From Octopus bimaculoides (Eukaryota), in the NCBI RefSeq assembly GCF_001194135.2, contig NC_068985.1, positions 8,581,058 to 8,617,345 on the forward strand: DNA of 36,288 nucleotides, written 5' to 3'. How positions within the stretch are numbered: position 1 is the stretch's first letter; each line of letters opens with the position of its first letter. The translations under genes and the position numbers were made by a program. Positions 12,701 to 25,972 of the stretch are shown here, piece after piece. Below the pieces are notes generated by a model. It was given only the letters and a program-made list of their open reading frames with translations, made no database searches and was not told the DNA's origin.

Positions 12701-12851
12701 ATATCCATCAGAAAGAAGAAAAAGCATTAAAAAGAAAAGAAAGAAGACTTAATTTCAACACAAAAAGCAACCAGGAACAACAAACATTTTTTAAAAACTT
12801 TAGTAACAATCTTCCATCCGGGTTCTGAAAACATAACTCCAAATCACCATA

Positions 12852-12940
12852 CAAACACCAGTTGCTGACGTCACCTACCTCTAGTCCAATGGAATTTGAC
12901 AAACACCAGTCGCTGACGTCACTTAACTCCAGACCAATCA
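12852..12940 (+). promoter_or_regulatory. duplicated 48-bp unit with TGACGTCA and CCAAT, probable PLE pLTR promoter
   Basis: TGACGTCA at 12866 and 12914; CCAAT at 12886 and 12934; located downstream of the GIY-YIG fragment. Confidence 0.5.
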
Positions 12941-13496
12941 AAACCGAACTTCAACAAATACAACGAAATGATCCTTTAAGAGAACCAACCAACCGGAACA
13001 ACTTATGACCGTCTCCACAGAGAAACCAAGCAAGCAGAACGACAAGCTTGACCACGGAAAACACCGTCACCAGTATTTTAACGAATCAAAAATTAGATCC
13101 GCTCGTGGAAAAAATTATAAATACATCTGATGCCAAAACATACCACTACAAGCAAAAGCGTCTACGGAAAGAGGATCAGAAAAACTGTAAACCAAATTCC
13201 TTTTTTTTACTATTTTCATTACTCCCTTGATTTTTTTTTCAGTATGACTTCTTGACCACCACTAAAATTAATGAACTTTGTACATTCAAATGAATTAATG
13301 TACAATTTTAATATTATTGACTGCTATGAACATTCAAACTTACACCTGTCCTAATTCACAATGCTAAATTTATCTGTTTTGAACATGTTAATTTATCAAC
13401 ATTGAAGCATTTCAATTTGTCAACATTGAAACTTTTGAAAATGTTTTTCTAATTTATAAGTTTACCATTGATAAACAGAAAATATTGTTGAAACTA

Positions 13497-13537
13497 CATT
13501 GTTTACAATATTTACATTTGACGGATATATAGAACAG
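13497..13537. mobile_element. 41-bp remnant of the hammerhead-carrying PLE-type family with 14-bp TSD
   Basis: TATTGTTGAAACTA at 13483-13496 and 13538-13551 flanks the inverted piece TTTACATTTGACGGATA plus the family 3' end TATAGAAC(A)G. Confidence 0.8.
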
Positions 13538-13654
13538 TATTGTTGAAACTAGTTTGGTGTATATGTTAATAAATGTATTTTAAACATTTACGAGTTTTTG
13601 AAATTCAGGTGCATTTTCAACAACACATTTTCCTATATATACATATGTATACAT

Positions 13655-13820
13655 TTATATACGACGGACTTCTTTCAATTTCCGTCTACCAAATCCACTC
13701 ACAAGGCTTTGGTCGGTCCGAGGCTACAGGAGAAGACACTCGCCCGAGGGGCCACACAATTGGACTGAACCCTGAACCACGTAGTTGGGAAGCAAACCTC
13801 TTATCAAGCAGCCATCTTTC
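13655..13820 (-). mobile_element. tRNA-derived SINE family C
   Basis: Reverse complement of the 17133-17298 copy (CCGTCTACCAAATCCACTCACAAGGCTTT). Confidence 0.85.
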
Positions 13821-14647
13821 TTACTCATAACAGGTTTTTAAATTTGCTAACGACTTTATATTGACTGAAACCGGCAACATTACACTTCCTTTACATCATC
13901 CCGCTCAATATGATCGCGCTATCGTTGTACCTTTATAATTTCCCAGGAATAAATAACAATCACAGTTTTTTTTCAAAAACACTCCTTTAGTTCCGTATAT
14001 CAGACACTCCTTTTATCTCTATATATCATATAATAGACACATCTAATTTAAATCCAATTTTTAACATCACAGGCGTTTTCAAATTTTACAGGCTGCTGTC
14101 GTTTCTATTTTACAAATCTTATATTATTCATGTTCAAAACTAAAATTATTTTCTAATTTAATAATACTTCTGCTCGATATGAAACATCTGTTCTCAGAAA
14201 CAACGTGTAATTACACATGTATGTATATAAATTATGTATGTATGTATATAAATGTATGTATATAAATTACCAACTCCATAAGAAACAGACCTTAAAATAC
14301 AGTCAGGTAAGACATTGCGATTATAAAATAAGCGCTGTCTACTATAAATTCTTTGTATATTTTACCAAAGGAGAGGTATATTCTGAGAGAAACATAGAGA
14401 TAAGTGTTCAAAATTATTTCCAATATATTTTTATGCATGCATACATTTACCATATATTTTTCTCGAAAACAGTTATGTAATGAATATAATAGGAAAATTT
14501 CTATAATATGTGTTTACGTATTTGTACAAAACGTTCCTCACCATTTCCCAATGCAGACAGTATATTAAGCGCTTGTTCAGCATAATATTTACGCTCCGTT
14601 TTATTTATTATTTTTTTTTATGAGAAATAATCTGAATAATAATAATC

Positions 14648-14843
14648 TTTTCTACTCTAGGCACAAAACCCGACATTTTGGGGGAGGAGGCCAGACGATT
14701 AGAACGACCCCAGTACGCAACTGATGATTAATGAAAGGGAAAAGTCGACATCGGCGGAATTTGAACTCAGAACGTAAAGACAGAAGAAGTAATGCTAAGC
14801 ATTTCTCCCGGCGTGCTAACGTTTCTGTCAGCTCGCCGCCTTG
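14648..14843 (-). mobile_element. SINE family A, near full length
   Basis: Head AAGGCGGCGAGCTG.CAGAAACGTTAGCACGCCGG through tail GTGCCTAGAGTAGAAAAG, followed by (ATT)n. Confidence 0.9.
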
Positions 14844-15377
14844 TGAATGATAATAATGCATTATTTATATCTAAACTAATTCCCGTTTAATTTCCCCTCG
14901 AACTTTCTTTATTGCCTCCCTACCTATCTCTGTGTGTGTGTAAACACATACAAATATAAAATCACGCGCACACATATGTACATCTACATCTAAATATACA
15001 CATACATACTCATATATACATGCAATGCTATGAAATAATCCATTTAAAAAACAACGTTTAAGAAAGTCACCATCAACGTTTGTCACTAATATAGTAAATA
15101 TTTAATTAAATATATAACTCTATTGGTATAAATCACATTAAATTTAATACTATTTTTCGCAAGCAACTTACAAATAGGTAGCAATAGTTCCGACATTAAT
15201 TGCGCAGTCAGTTTGAGATTAAATTTTTGATACTAATACAAATTATATATATATGTGTGTGTGTATGTGTGTGTGTGTGTGGTGTGTGTGTGTGTGTGTG
15301 TACATATAGATATATATATGCATATATATATTATGTATGTATGTATATATTTATCGATCTATCTATCTATCTATCTA

Positions 15378-15433
<56 letters not shown>

Positions 15434-15469
15434 AATCAAATGATAATCCATGTTCGAACGCAGAGACGC

Positions 15470-16415
15470 CGTTAGATCAGTAGAAACATTGGGTAAATTA
15501 CCCTTACAAAGCGGAGAAATTTGTCAACAACCAACCATCAATCGCCGAAGAATATAAAGCAGGAAAGGCGAGGACAGTAATGATGCTAAGGTATTCAAAA
15601 GATCAGAAAATCCGAGAAAATACCTCTAAAGGTACGAACAGGAAGGAAATGAAATGCGGAAGAGGCAGTAAACAGAGCGATTGGAAAACTAAGTCACGCC
15701 GATATAGTCGGAGTGACGCGAGAAGGAAGAGCCGGTCTAGGGTTGCGCAATTTCAAGCTATTATGCATGAGCAGTGTAAAAGAGATGAAAGAGGTGGTGG
15801 CACACGAAGTGAGAAAGGAGGAAGAAGAAAGGCGAATATGTACATTTGGTGCAATATAGTCAACAAGGACAGTGTCTGAGATGGTAGGAATATGTAGTCA
15901 GTCGCAGAATATCATGGACGTTTTATCCTCACCAGCGAATTTAGTCCGGTGGAAAATACAAACAACTGGTCAATGTAGATGCGGAAAGAAAGCGACGGTG
16001 AGTCATGTTCTGTCAAACTGCAGGCTAGCACTAGACAGATATACATGATGTCACTCTCAAGTTCTCGGCGTCATCAGTGCAGCACTCAAGGAGAAGATCG
16101 AGAGATATAATAGGGGAGAGTACCCCAAAGTGGAAAAGCGCGGAAAATATACTTTCAGAAGGAGGGAAAAGGACATAAGGCCAGGTCTTCAAATAAAATA
16201 TACAAGCGAGACGAAAGATGGAAGGGATACTGTGAGCTGACCACGGATTTGGAAAGATTTAATATTTCCACTCATATAAACAGCAAAAAGACTGGACCTA
16301 ACCCTATGGAACACGGAACGGAAAATTGGGATTTTGCTAGAGCTGACAGTGCCATGGGAAGAGAATATCGCTAATGCAGAAGAACGGAAGGAGAAGAGGT
16401 ATGAAAAATTAATCA
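15470..16415 (+). mobile_element. HERO-like RLE non-LTR retrotransposon, 3' ORF fragment (dead)
   Basis: Across frameshifts: EEYKAGKARTVMMLRYSKD, KVRTGRKW, GRAGLG, C.CGKKATVSHVLSNC.LALDRY (CCHC finger) and LLELTVPWEENIANAEERKEKRYEKL (RLE). The clade assignment is by motif recall. Confidence 0.8.
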
Positions 16416-16419
16416 GGTG

Positions 16420-16930
16420 GGCCAAGGTAGCGATCTCGTTCATAGCGCGTCCTCCTCCTGGTTTGAAGTCTTGTACCACCAAACAGCTGGTCGGCTCTGG
16501 CTGCTGGAACTGAAACTAGTACGACACTGTTGGAAGGCAGGTTTAGAGAGGGAGCAGGCTAAAACTACACGCCCCTCCCCTCCATTGGTCAGTTGAAGCT
16601 TAGACAGTGTCATGTGACAGTTAGCTAATGCTGGCTGCTGGAGTCCATCAGCAGGTATTTAAAGGGAAATTTGGCAGGATGTTCAGTCGCCAACTGATAT
16701 TCGTTGACGCTGCATAGAAGAGGCCAGGGAACAGAAGAAAAAAGAAAAAGAACTGCACTCAACACCAGGGCTGAAGATACCTCCGAAAGGGAGAGGAGAC
16801 ATACACGTCGAAAACGGTAGATGAGTAGGGGCCGAAACCGGACGTGGTTCCTCCTGATGATGTCTTTAGCCACTGGATCCTATAAAGGAGTTATTGAGAT
16901 AGCGAACCTCGAAATGTGGTTGGAATTCCT
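16420..16930 (+). mobile_element. unclassified GC-richer repeat (LTR/pLTR-like) with structured 3' motif
   Basis: Contains a CCATTGG box and a TATTTAAAG TATA-like element. Its last ~170 nt are colinear and highly similar to 36095-36265. Confidence 0.55.
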
Positions 16931-17132
16931 TACTTTTGCAAATTGCTGCTACAGACACGTTGTGCAAGAATTTTATCAAAGTTATAAAGAATACAGACTA
17001 ATATTTCATGTGACTGTCACTAAAAAACACAAACTGTTTCCATAAAAATAAAATGCAAAAATACTTTTTAATAGACATCACAAGAATCTTCCTTCAAAAT
17101 TCTACACCTCGAAAGTGAAGCAATTTACATAT

Positions 17133-17298
17133 AGGCGCAGGAGTGGCTGTGTGGTAAGTAACTTGCTTACCAACGACATGGTTCAGGGTTCAGTCCTACT
17201 GCGCAGCACCTTGGGCAAGTGACGTCTACTATAGCCTCGGGCTGATTAAAGCCTTGTGAGTGGATTTAGTAGACGGAAACTGAAAGAAGCCCGTCGTA
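17133..17298 (+). mobile_element. tRNA-derived SINE family C, full head
   Basis: GGCGCAGGAGTGGCTGTGTGGTAAG (A-box-like)...GGTTCAGTCC (B-box-like)...ACCTTGGGCAAGT...GAAAGAAGCCCGTCGTA, followed by a TAGR microsatellite. Confidence 0.9.
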
Positions 17299-17646
17299 AG
17301 GTAGATAGATAGATACATAGGTAGGTAGGTAAGTAGATAGGTAGGTAGGTAGATTGAGAGATAGAAAGAGAGGGTAGTTTCTTTATTAGCCACCCAGGGC
17401 CGAACATAGAGGGGAAAAATACAAGACCTTTTACTTTTCGAAAATAGAAACAAGAAGAAAAATAAAATTCCGATCAAAAGGGATCATGCAACCCCAAAAA
17501 ATAATATTAAAGCGATCAAACGAGATCGTGTATCAGAAAATATCATAAATATAAAAAACAGATTAGGTTTATCCGTGGAAAGAAAAGCCGACGGAGAAGA
17601 CCACGGTAAACTCAGACAGAGGGTGGGGACACATCAGAGCAAAGTG

Positions 17647-17704
<58 letters not shown>

Positions 17705-17814
17705 NNNNNNNNNNNNNNNNNNNNNNNNNNNNNNNNNNNNNNNNNNNNNNNNNNNNNNNNNNNNNNNNNNNNNNNNNNNNNNNNNNNNNNTATATCGAGA
17801 GAGAGATAGGTATG

Positions 17815-17852
<38 letters not shown>

Positions 17853-18653
17853 TGTGTAAGTGCATGCGCATATCTTTTGCACTCGATATAAGATGAGGAC
17901 ACTGAATGATGTAGTCTAAAGTACTGTCTAACAATGATGGGATGTTCACAGCTAGCTTGTCTGTGGTAAAGGCTAAACAGGGTTAAAAAACAACAACACT
18001 ATAAAATCAAAATCTATCAATATCATGCTAATATAGTGCTGTGCCATAAAGTGTGAGATCGTTGGAACTTTTGAGAATCACATTAATTCTTTACTTTGCA
18101 GAAAACTATTATTATTGCGTGTCATATTTTCTTACTTCATTACCAGTAATTATCTGTACTTCATTGCAACGGTTTGACCTCTCGTAAGATTTTGTCGTGG
18201 TCGTTTAGCCCCAGGTCAAATCAGTTTGAGTAGTCGTACGGCGAAAAGAATTCCAGTCAAAACTCATCTGTTTTTATTCCATTATTCGACGTATCCGTCA
18301 TTATTTTAAGGATATGGAAGTCGGATGTTATGGAGGAGATTTAGCTGTTATTTGTAACATATTGTATTTCAAATTGATGATCCCGCATTGGTTTATTTTT
18401 ACACAATGAATAGTTATTGACAATAATTTTGACAGTTAGAGGAGAAACTCGCGTTACTGCAGGCATCTTCAACGATCAATGCTATTTAAACACCTAAAAT
18501 ATCTGCTATTCTCAAAAAATGGTTAGAAGGCAGATATTCTTGGAAAAATGGCTTCACTCTACTTATTAATGGATTGAAAAAATAACAGTAATTAATATTC
18601 AATGAAAATAAAGGTTTTCCAGAATTGCAAATCTTAACGGCAAATGAATAGTC

Positions 18654-18719
<66 letters not shown>
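18654..18719. repeat. (TAA)n microsatellite
   Basis: Perfect run immediately 5' of the R4/Dong-like element. Confidence 0.98.
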
Positions 18720-18720
<1 letters not shown>

Positions 18721-20143
18721 GTGACGTGACAGATGGGCAAAAGGCAATCTACGACAGAATAAAGGCAAGGCTACAGTAGAACGATAGCGACATTATTTGC
18801 AACCTTTTTTAGGTTGACTGGTGAAAGTTGAACCAAGAAACGAAAAATGTGAATGAAATTCTGGAATACATCAGTACAGAAAACATCACAGAAACAAATA
18901 ATTTGATCAAGGCAGCAAGTATTGTTGTGGCAGAAAATGTGGGTGTCGATGTCAAGAAAAAGAAACTTAATGGGAGTGACAAAAGAAAAGATCCATGGTG
19001 GAAAAGAAGAATACAGGTGGGGTTAGATGTGCTCGCGAAGGACATTTCTGTGTTAGACCGCAAATAGAAGGGGAAGCGAACAAAGATACAGGGCACTGAA
19101 CAGGAAGTATGATATTGACAGAGAAGGTCTGAAAGTGGTAATGGAGGAACTGAAACAGCGCCTCGTTGCAAAGAAAGCAAAGATGGTAAGATAGGACCAA
19201 AGAATGAAGGGATACCAGCAAAATAGATTATTCAGAGTCGACTAGAAGAGATTCTACAAAGAAATAAATAGAGAGTGTACAGATGAAAAGCTGATACCAG
19301 ATAACATTGAAAGTCAAAGGTTTGGGAGTGACATCTGGAGCAAAGACAAGGAGCACAAGAAGGATGCTGAATGGTTGCAAGAACTGAAACAAACAGTAGA
19401 CTGTCTAAAACAGGCAGAAGTAGTTATTTCAGTTGCGGAAATGAAAGAAATCAGCAAGAAAATGGGCATCTGGAAAGCCCCGGGACCAGATGGAGTTCAA
19501 GGCTACTGGATCAAAAGATTTGGTGATACCAGAGTGGTTGACAATGGGTAGGATAGTACTGTGCTTGAAAAACATTGAAAAAGGCCATACGGCAGACGAT
19601 TATAGGCCGATATCCTGCTTGCCACTTATGAGGAGATTATTGACTGGAGTAGTCGCAGAGTCAATGTACGGACAACTGAAACAAAATGGAGTCCTGCTAC
19701 ATGAGCAGAAGTGTTACAAGCGTAAGTGCAGAGGTACCAAGGATCAACTCCTGATAGACAAAACTGTACTTAGAGACTGCAAGAAGAGAAAGAGTAACTT
19801 AGCCATATCATGGATCGACTATCGTAAGGTGTACAATATGATCCCACATTCTTGGATTATGGAATCTATGGACCTATTTGTTATTGCATCAAATGTTGAG
19901 CGATTGCTTAGGAAAAGTATGGCGAAATGGAGGACGGAACTGACAGCACATAAAAGAAGTTTAGGGACAATGGAAATCAGGGGAGGCATCTTCCAAGGGG
20001 ACTGCCTGTCCCCACGGATCTTTGTACTGTGTATGATACCACTAACACTGATTCTGAGGAAGGCAAAGGCTGGGTATGTATTCAAAAGCCGCCAACAAAA
20101 TGTCAACCACTTGTTATTCATAGATGACATCACACTTTGTTAA
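18720..20143 (+). mobile_element. R4/Dong-like RLE non-LTR retrotransposon, truncated RT region (dead)
   Basis: [68 protein letters not shown] and HLLFIDD; several stops and frameshifts. Confidence 0.9.
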
Positions 20144-20189
20144 AAATGAATTCCAAGTCAGTCCCTTCGTTGATACGATGTTATACATT

Positions 20190-20355
20190 CAATAAGGGAA
20201 CTGGTGGTGACGGTCCCTAAAGTACCTATGACAGCTGGGATTACTTTGGTAGAAACTCATCGACACTGAAAGTCGAGCACGGTGGAATTTGAACACATGA
20301 CGTAAATACTGATGAAATGGCGCTATGCACTTTGCCAGGCGTACTAACGATTCTC
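20190..20355 (-). mobile_element. SINE (family A head, variant tail)
   Basis: GTCGAGCACGGTGGAATTTGAAC..GCGTACTAACGATTC head. The tail CAATAAGGGAACTGGTGGTGACGGTCCCT.. is shared with 23145-23220. Confidence 0.7.
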
Positions 20356-21130
20356 CCATATAGAATATATGCAATTAAAACATAGAATTCTTCTCCCAAA
20401 ATAAAGAAACTCCCGTGGGCTACATGTGAAGAGTCCGCAAGAGCTGTAGCCACCCTAACCACTCAGATCGATGTTCTATGCCAGTTGACCTTCTCTGATC
20501 AATACTAATTCATGCACAGAATAGAGCCATCAACCCGGACCATAGTCGCCCCTTTTATGCATATTTCAACCAATGAAATACGATGCACTTATTCCCCACA
20601 CCCGGCGGTGGTGGCGGTGGTGGTGGTGGTGATGATGATGATGACGACGACGAGGAGAGGATAATAATGATGATGATGATGATGATGATTTCTTATAAAA
20701 TTACAGTTGAATATAAAGAATTTTGTTTGGAATCAGATTAAAAATGTGTAACAACTTGTGACAAAATATATTCTACGACCGCAATATTGTCATTAGAGTG
20801 GAGATGGTGGAAACATCTTATGAAATTTCGTGTCTTTTTTTTTTTTACAGAAATTAGCAAGCTAATCAGAACATCATTTCCTTGGATATTAGTATTTTTG
20901 TTTTTCCATTTTACACAAGATCGATATGTTGGATTAAGAAATAGCAAGACATCCACCAAGATATTTTATATAAACGACGCACTAAACGCAGAGGAGTAAA
21001 CGACAAATCTCAACAAAAAATCTGTCGCACTATGTGCACAGGTGTGAATACCACCTCCGAAGAAATCTATATAAAGATACATAAAATAAACGTCCTTGCA
21101 ATAAACAACATACGGAAATATATTTTTATG

Positions 21131-21163
<33 letters not shown>

Positions 21164-21198
21164 AACCTAAATAAAAGAATTTGAAGTTTAGAAGTGAT

Positions 21199-22438
<1,240 letters not shown>

Positions 22439-22649
22439 TTTAGAAGTGATGCCGAATTCTAATAATACGTAAGTATTTTCAGTACCAAAAAATATCATGG
22501 CAATAATTTTGTGGTGAGCGAATCTCAAGATGTTTGCTTATTTGGATACGAAAACGAATTAAAATGTTGGCGATAAATCAGTATTAATAAAATGTAGAAG
22601 GTTTTTTTAAAGTAGTTTAAAAGTGAGGATTATCGGTGTATTTTTGTAC

Positions 22650-22682
22650 CTGTTCTCAGAGTCTGCGAGACGATGTCATGAG
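22650..22682 (-). other. candidate 33-nt exon (phase 1-1, AHDIVSQTLRT)
   Basis: Pyrimidine tract, CTAAC branch-like motif, then TTAG|exon|GTACAA. Confidence 0.25.
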
Positions 22683-22835
22683 CTAATACACACCGTTAGA
22701 ACACAAACACAGAAAAATAAAACAAAGCAACATAACAGATAACGAATGTGCTAGAAAATATCAATGTTTGCCCTGAAGGAACTCGAATAAAAATTGATCT
22801 CTGAATTCTGAAAAGTGCAGAGAAATTAGAAAAAT

Positions 22836-22887
<52 letters not shown>

Positions 22888-24033
22888 AAGACGAGTGGAG
22901 GGAATTGTTTTGGAAAATCATCAAAAATAGAATTAGACTGAGCGATAAAGGAAAAAAAATAAACACGAACGAAAATTCATTATTTTCATTTATGGTGCGC
23001 ACGAATGTATAATATTCGGAATCAATATCAGTGATACTGGGCCACAACCAGTTACCTTAGATATTGAGGACTTTTTTTAGAATCCTTGCTGTTCCCAAGA
23101 GAGCAAATTTCTGATTTAATGCAACTCTCGTAGTTACATCAATCTCAATAAGGGAACTGGTGGTGACGGTCCCTATGGTACCTATGACAGCTGGGATTAC
23201 TTTGGTAGAAACCCATCACAGTCACCGCATTTTCCGATCTTAATCGCGGTATTTCCCCATTTTCTCCTCTTCATGTCCACAGATATAGCCACTACTAGGC
23301 TGATGCATGCTATTTTCCTGTTGTCCAGGACAATATATTATCATGAAGTTATTGATGAGACTGTATATTAAAATCCCATAACACCTTATACTGGTTGTTT
23401 TCTAGTACAATTTCTGGTTGATGTTGGTACCATTGTCTGCTTACTTTAAATCATATTTTCTGTAATATGTCCCAGTATAATGCCTTGACCACTCAGTGGT
23501 GGCTGTGTATATATTCCTTCTGTGCCAAAGAACTACAACAAAATATAATGTACATAACCGATTCCACTTTCTCATTACATATTCTGCACTTCGATCTTTC
23601 GCAGATTTGTCTTGATATTTTGTCTTGATATTTGTCAGCAATGACTTGCTTTGAGCAGAGATTGTGAGTCCTTCCGTTTCTTTCTGAAGGTCTCCCTTCT
23701 TCCGCCATCAACAACTCTTCTGTGACGTCCTGCGTTTTGCTGACATGCTGACACTCTGTAGTTCTTTTCCCCAGATGTTTCTTTCTTCTTCTTGTTTTCT
23801 ATTTTTCTTTTTCTCCGTTGCTGTCTCCCCAACGTCTTTCTCCTCTGGCAGTCTTTCTGAGTTGCTTCTTACACTTTTGTATCATGTTTTGCCATCTCTG
23901 TACAGGTTTTTATTGATCTGTCTTCTCTGGGAAGTAATGGCCTATACACGGATATTATCTTTCTGGTCTTACAATCTATGCCTCTTGGTTCTTCCATAGT
24001 CCAGTTCAGAAAATCACAGAATATCTTAGAGAT

Positions 24034-24218
24034 TATTTACATTAATTACATTATTTACATTTAATGCATATTTGTCCTCACCTTGTTTGTTGTTAACACG
24101 ACGTTTCGGCTGATATACCCTCCAGCCTTCATCCGAAACGTTGTGGACAAATATCCGTTAAATGTAAAAAATGTAAATAATGTAGATAATTCCTCATCTC
24201 TTAAATATAGAACTGTAT
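24034..24218. mobile_element. short copy of the hammerhead-carrying PLE-type family with 12-bp TSD
   Basis: TSD TATCTTAGAGAT at 24022-24033 and 24219-24230. The inverted arm carries GAUGA-A-GGCUGG..UCAGCC-GAAACGUC-GUGUU; the direct arm ends AAATATAGAACTGTA. Confidence 0.88.
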
Positions 24219-24652
24219 TATCTTAGAGATATTCTCCACCGTTGTGGAGATGCTTTATCCGACATTCATTTCTCATCTTCACTGTCATTTCTTGGCAGAG
24301 AATTCTAGCTGCCTTCAATATATGTATGCCATCATCATAGATTACTCAGGTCGCTGTCTCATCTAGGACTCAAACCCCTTCTCACTTGGATATTTTACTT
24401 CTCTTTATTACCAGCATCACGCATTTATCGATTCGAAACAATATGCCAATGTCATCACTTACAACTTCAATCAGTCTTAACCAGAGAATTTAAAGATTTC
24501 TCTCTTCACAAATAATTTCATAAACAGAGGGTGGATTATTCTATCATCACTGTTAAATTCGTAGCACGATTTAGCCTCACTCAAGATCAATGTAAGGAGA
24601 GATAAGAGCGATCACGAATAGCAGTGGCGATAGTGTATTATCACCGAATATT

Positions 24653-24787
24653 CTTTTCTTCTCTCGGCAAAAGGCCCAAAATTTTCGGAGAGGGGTCCAT
24701 CGATTAGATTGACCCAGTACTCAACTGATAATTAATTTATCGACCCCGAAAGGGTGAAAGGCAAAGTCGACCTCGGCGGATCATCTT
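24653..24787 (-). mobile_element. 5'-truncated SINE family A with 8-bp TSD
   Basis: CGAATATT at 24645-24652 and 24788-24795; the insertion interrupts the R4 'RGIFQGD'-equivalent motif. Confidence 0.8.
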
Positions 24788-25918
24788 CGAATATTACTCT
24801 ACTTATACTTGCTTCCTCGAACTTGTCTTGACTTGACATTAGTATAGTTCTCCATTTTGATATACTGTTTTGTAGCCGCTGAACAACATTGTCATCTCTT
24901 TCAAATATCTTGAGGCATTCTAGGTTCCATAAGTGTGGTACACTAACATGTGCCTTTTGATAATCGATGTATGCTGTTGCTAAATTTTCATCCTAAATTT
25001 TACGTCTCGAGGAACTTGCAGATCTAAATATTATAGGTCGTTTTTCATTTTAGAACATTTTCTGCATCAGCAGATCTCTCTCTCCCTCCCTCCNNNNNNN
25101 NNNNNNNNNNNNNNNNNNNNNNNNNNNNNNNNNNNNNNNNNNNNNNNNNNNNNNNNNNNNNNNNNNNNNNNNNNNNNNNNNNNNNNNNNNNNNNNNNNNN
25201 NNNNNNNNNNNNNNNNNNNNNNNNNNNNNNNNNNNNNNNNNNNNNNNNNNNNNNNNNNNNNNNNNNNNNNNNNNNNNNNNNNNNNNNNNNNNNNNNNNNN
25301 NNNNNNNNNNNNNNNNNNNNNNNNNNNNNNNNNNNNNNNNNNNNNNNNNNNNNNNNNNNNNNNNNNNNNNNNNNNNNNNNNNNNNNNNNNNNNNNNNNNN
25401 NNNNNNNNNNNNNNNNNNNNNNNNNNNNNNNNNNNNNNNNNNNNNNNNNNNNNNNNNNNNNNNNNNNNNNNNNNNNNNNNNNNNNNNNNNNNNNNNNNNN
25501 NNNNNNNNNNNNNNNNNNNNNNNNNNNNNNNNNNNNNNNNNNNNNNNNNNNNNNNNNNNNNNNNNNNNNNNNNNNNNNNNNNNNNNNNNNNNNNNNNNNN
25601 NNNNNNNNNNNNNNNNNNNNNNNNNNNNNNNNNNNNNNNNNNNNNNNNNNNNNNNNNNNNNNNNNNNNNNNNNNNNNNNNNNNNNNNNNNNNNNNNNNNN
25701 NNNNNNNNNNNNNNNNNNNNNNNNNNNNNNNNNNNNNNNNNNNNNNNNNNNNNNNNNNNNNNNNNNNNNNNNNNNNNNNNNNNNNNNNNNNNNNNNNNNN
25801 NNNNNNNNNNNNNNNNNNNNNNNNNNNNNNNNNNNNNNNNNNTGTGTGTGTGTAAACTTCTTTTGCAATAGAGTGTATTAGAAAATTACCGCATTTGTAG
25901 AAGGCAAGTTGTTGGTCG

Positions 25919-25970
<52 letters not shown>

Positions 25971-25972
25971 CA

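Larger units (their letters stand above)
23045..25075 (-). mobile_element. older R4/Dong-like element (RT, CCHC finger, RLE, 3' end), heavily decayed, with nested insertions
   Basis: Minus strand: NLATAYIDYQKA, LSPLLFVIAL, WTMEE...IDCKTRK, CRIC.EKVESV..I...CSSLAQKEY, WYQHQPEIVLEN..KVLWDFNIQ and ALLGTARILKKVL. Confidence 0.85.

Noticed and set aside
17133-17210. tRNA gene
   Set aside because: A/B-box-like motifs are present, but there is no complete cloverleaf and the sequence continues into a SINE body.
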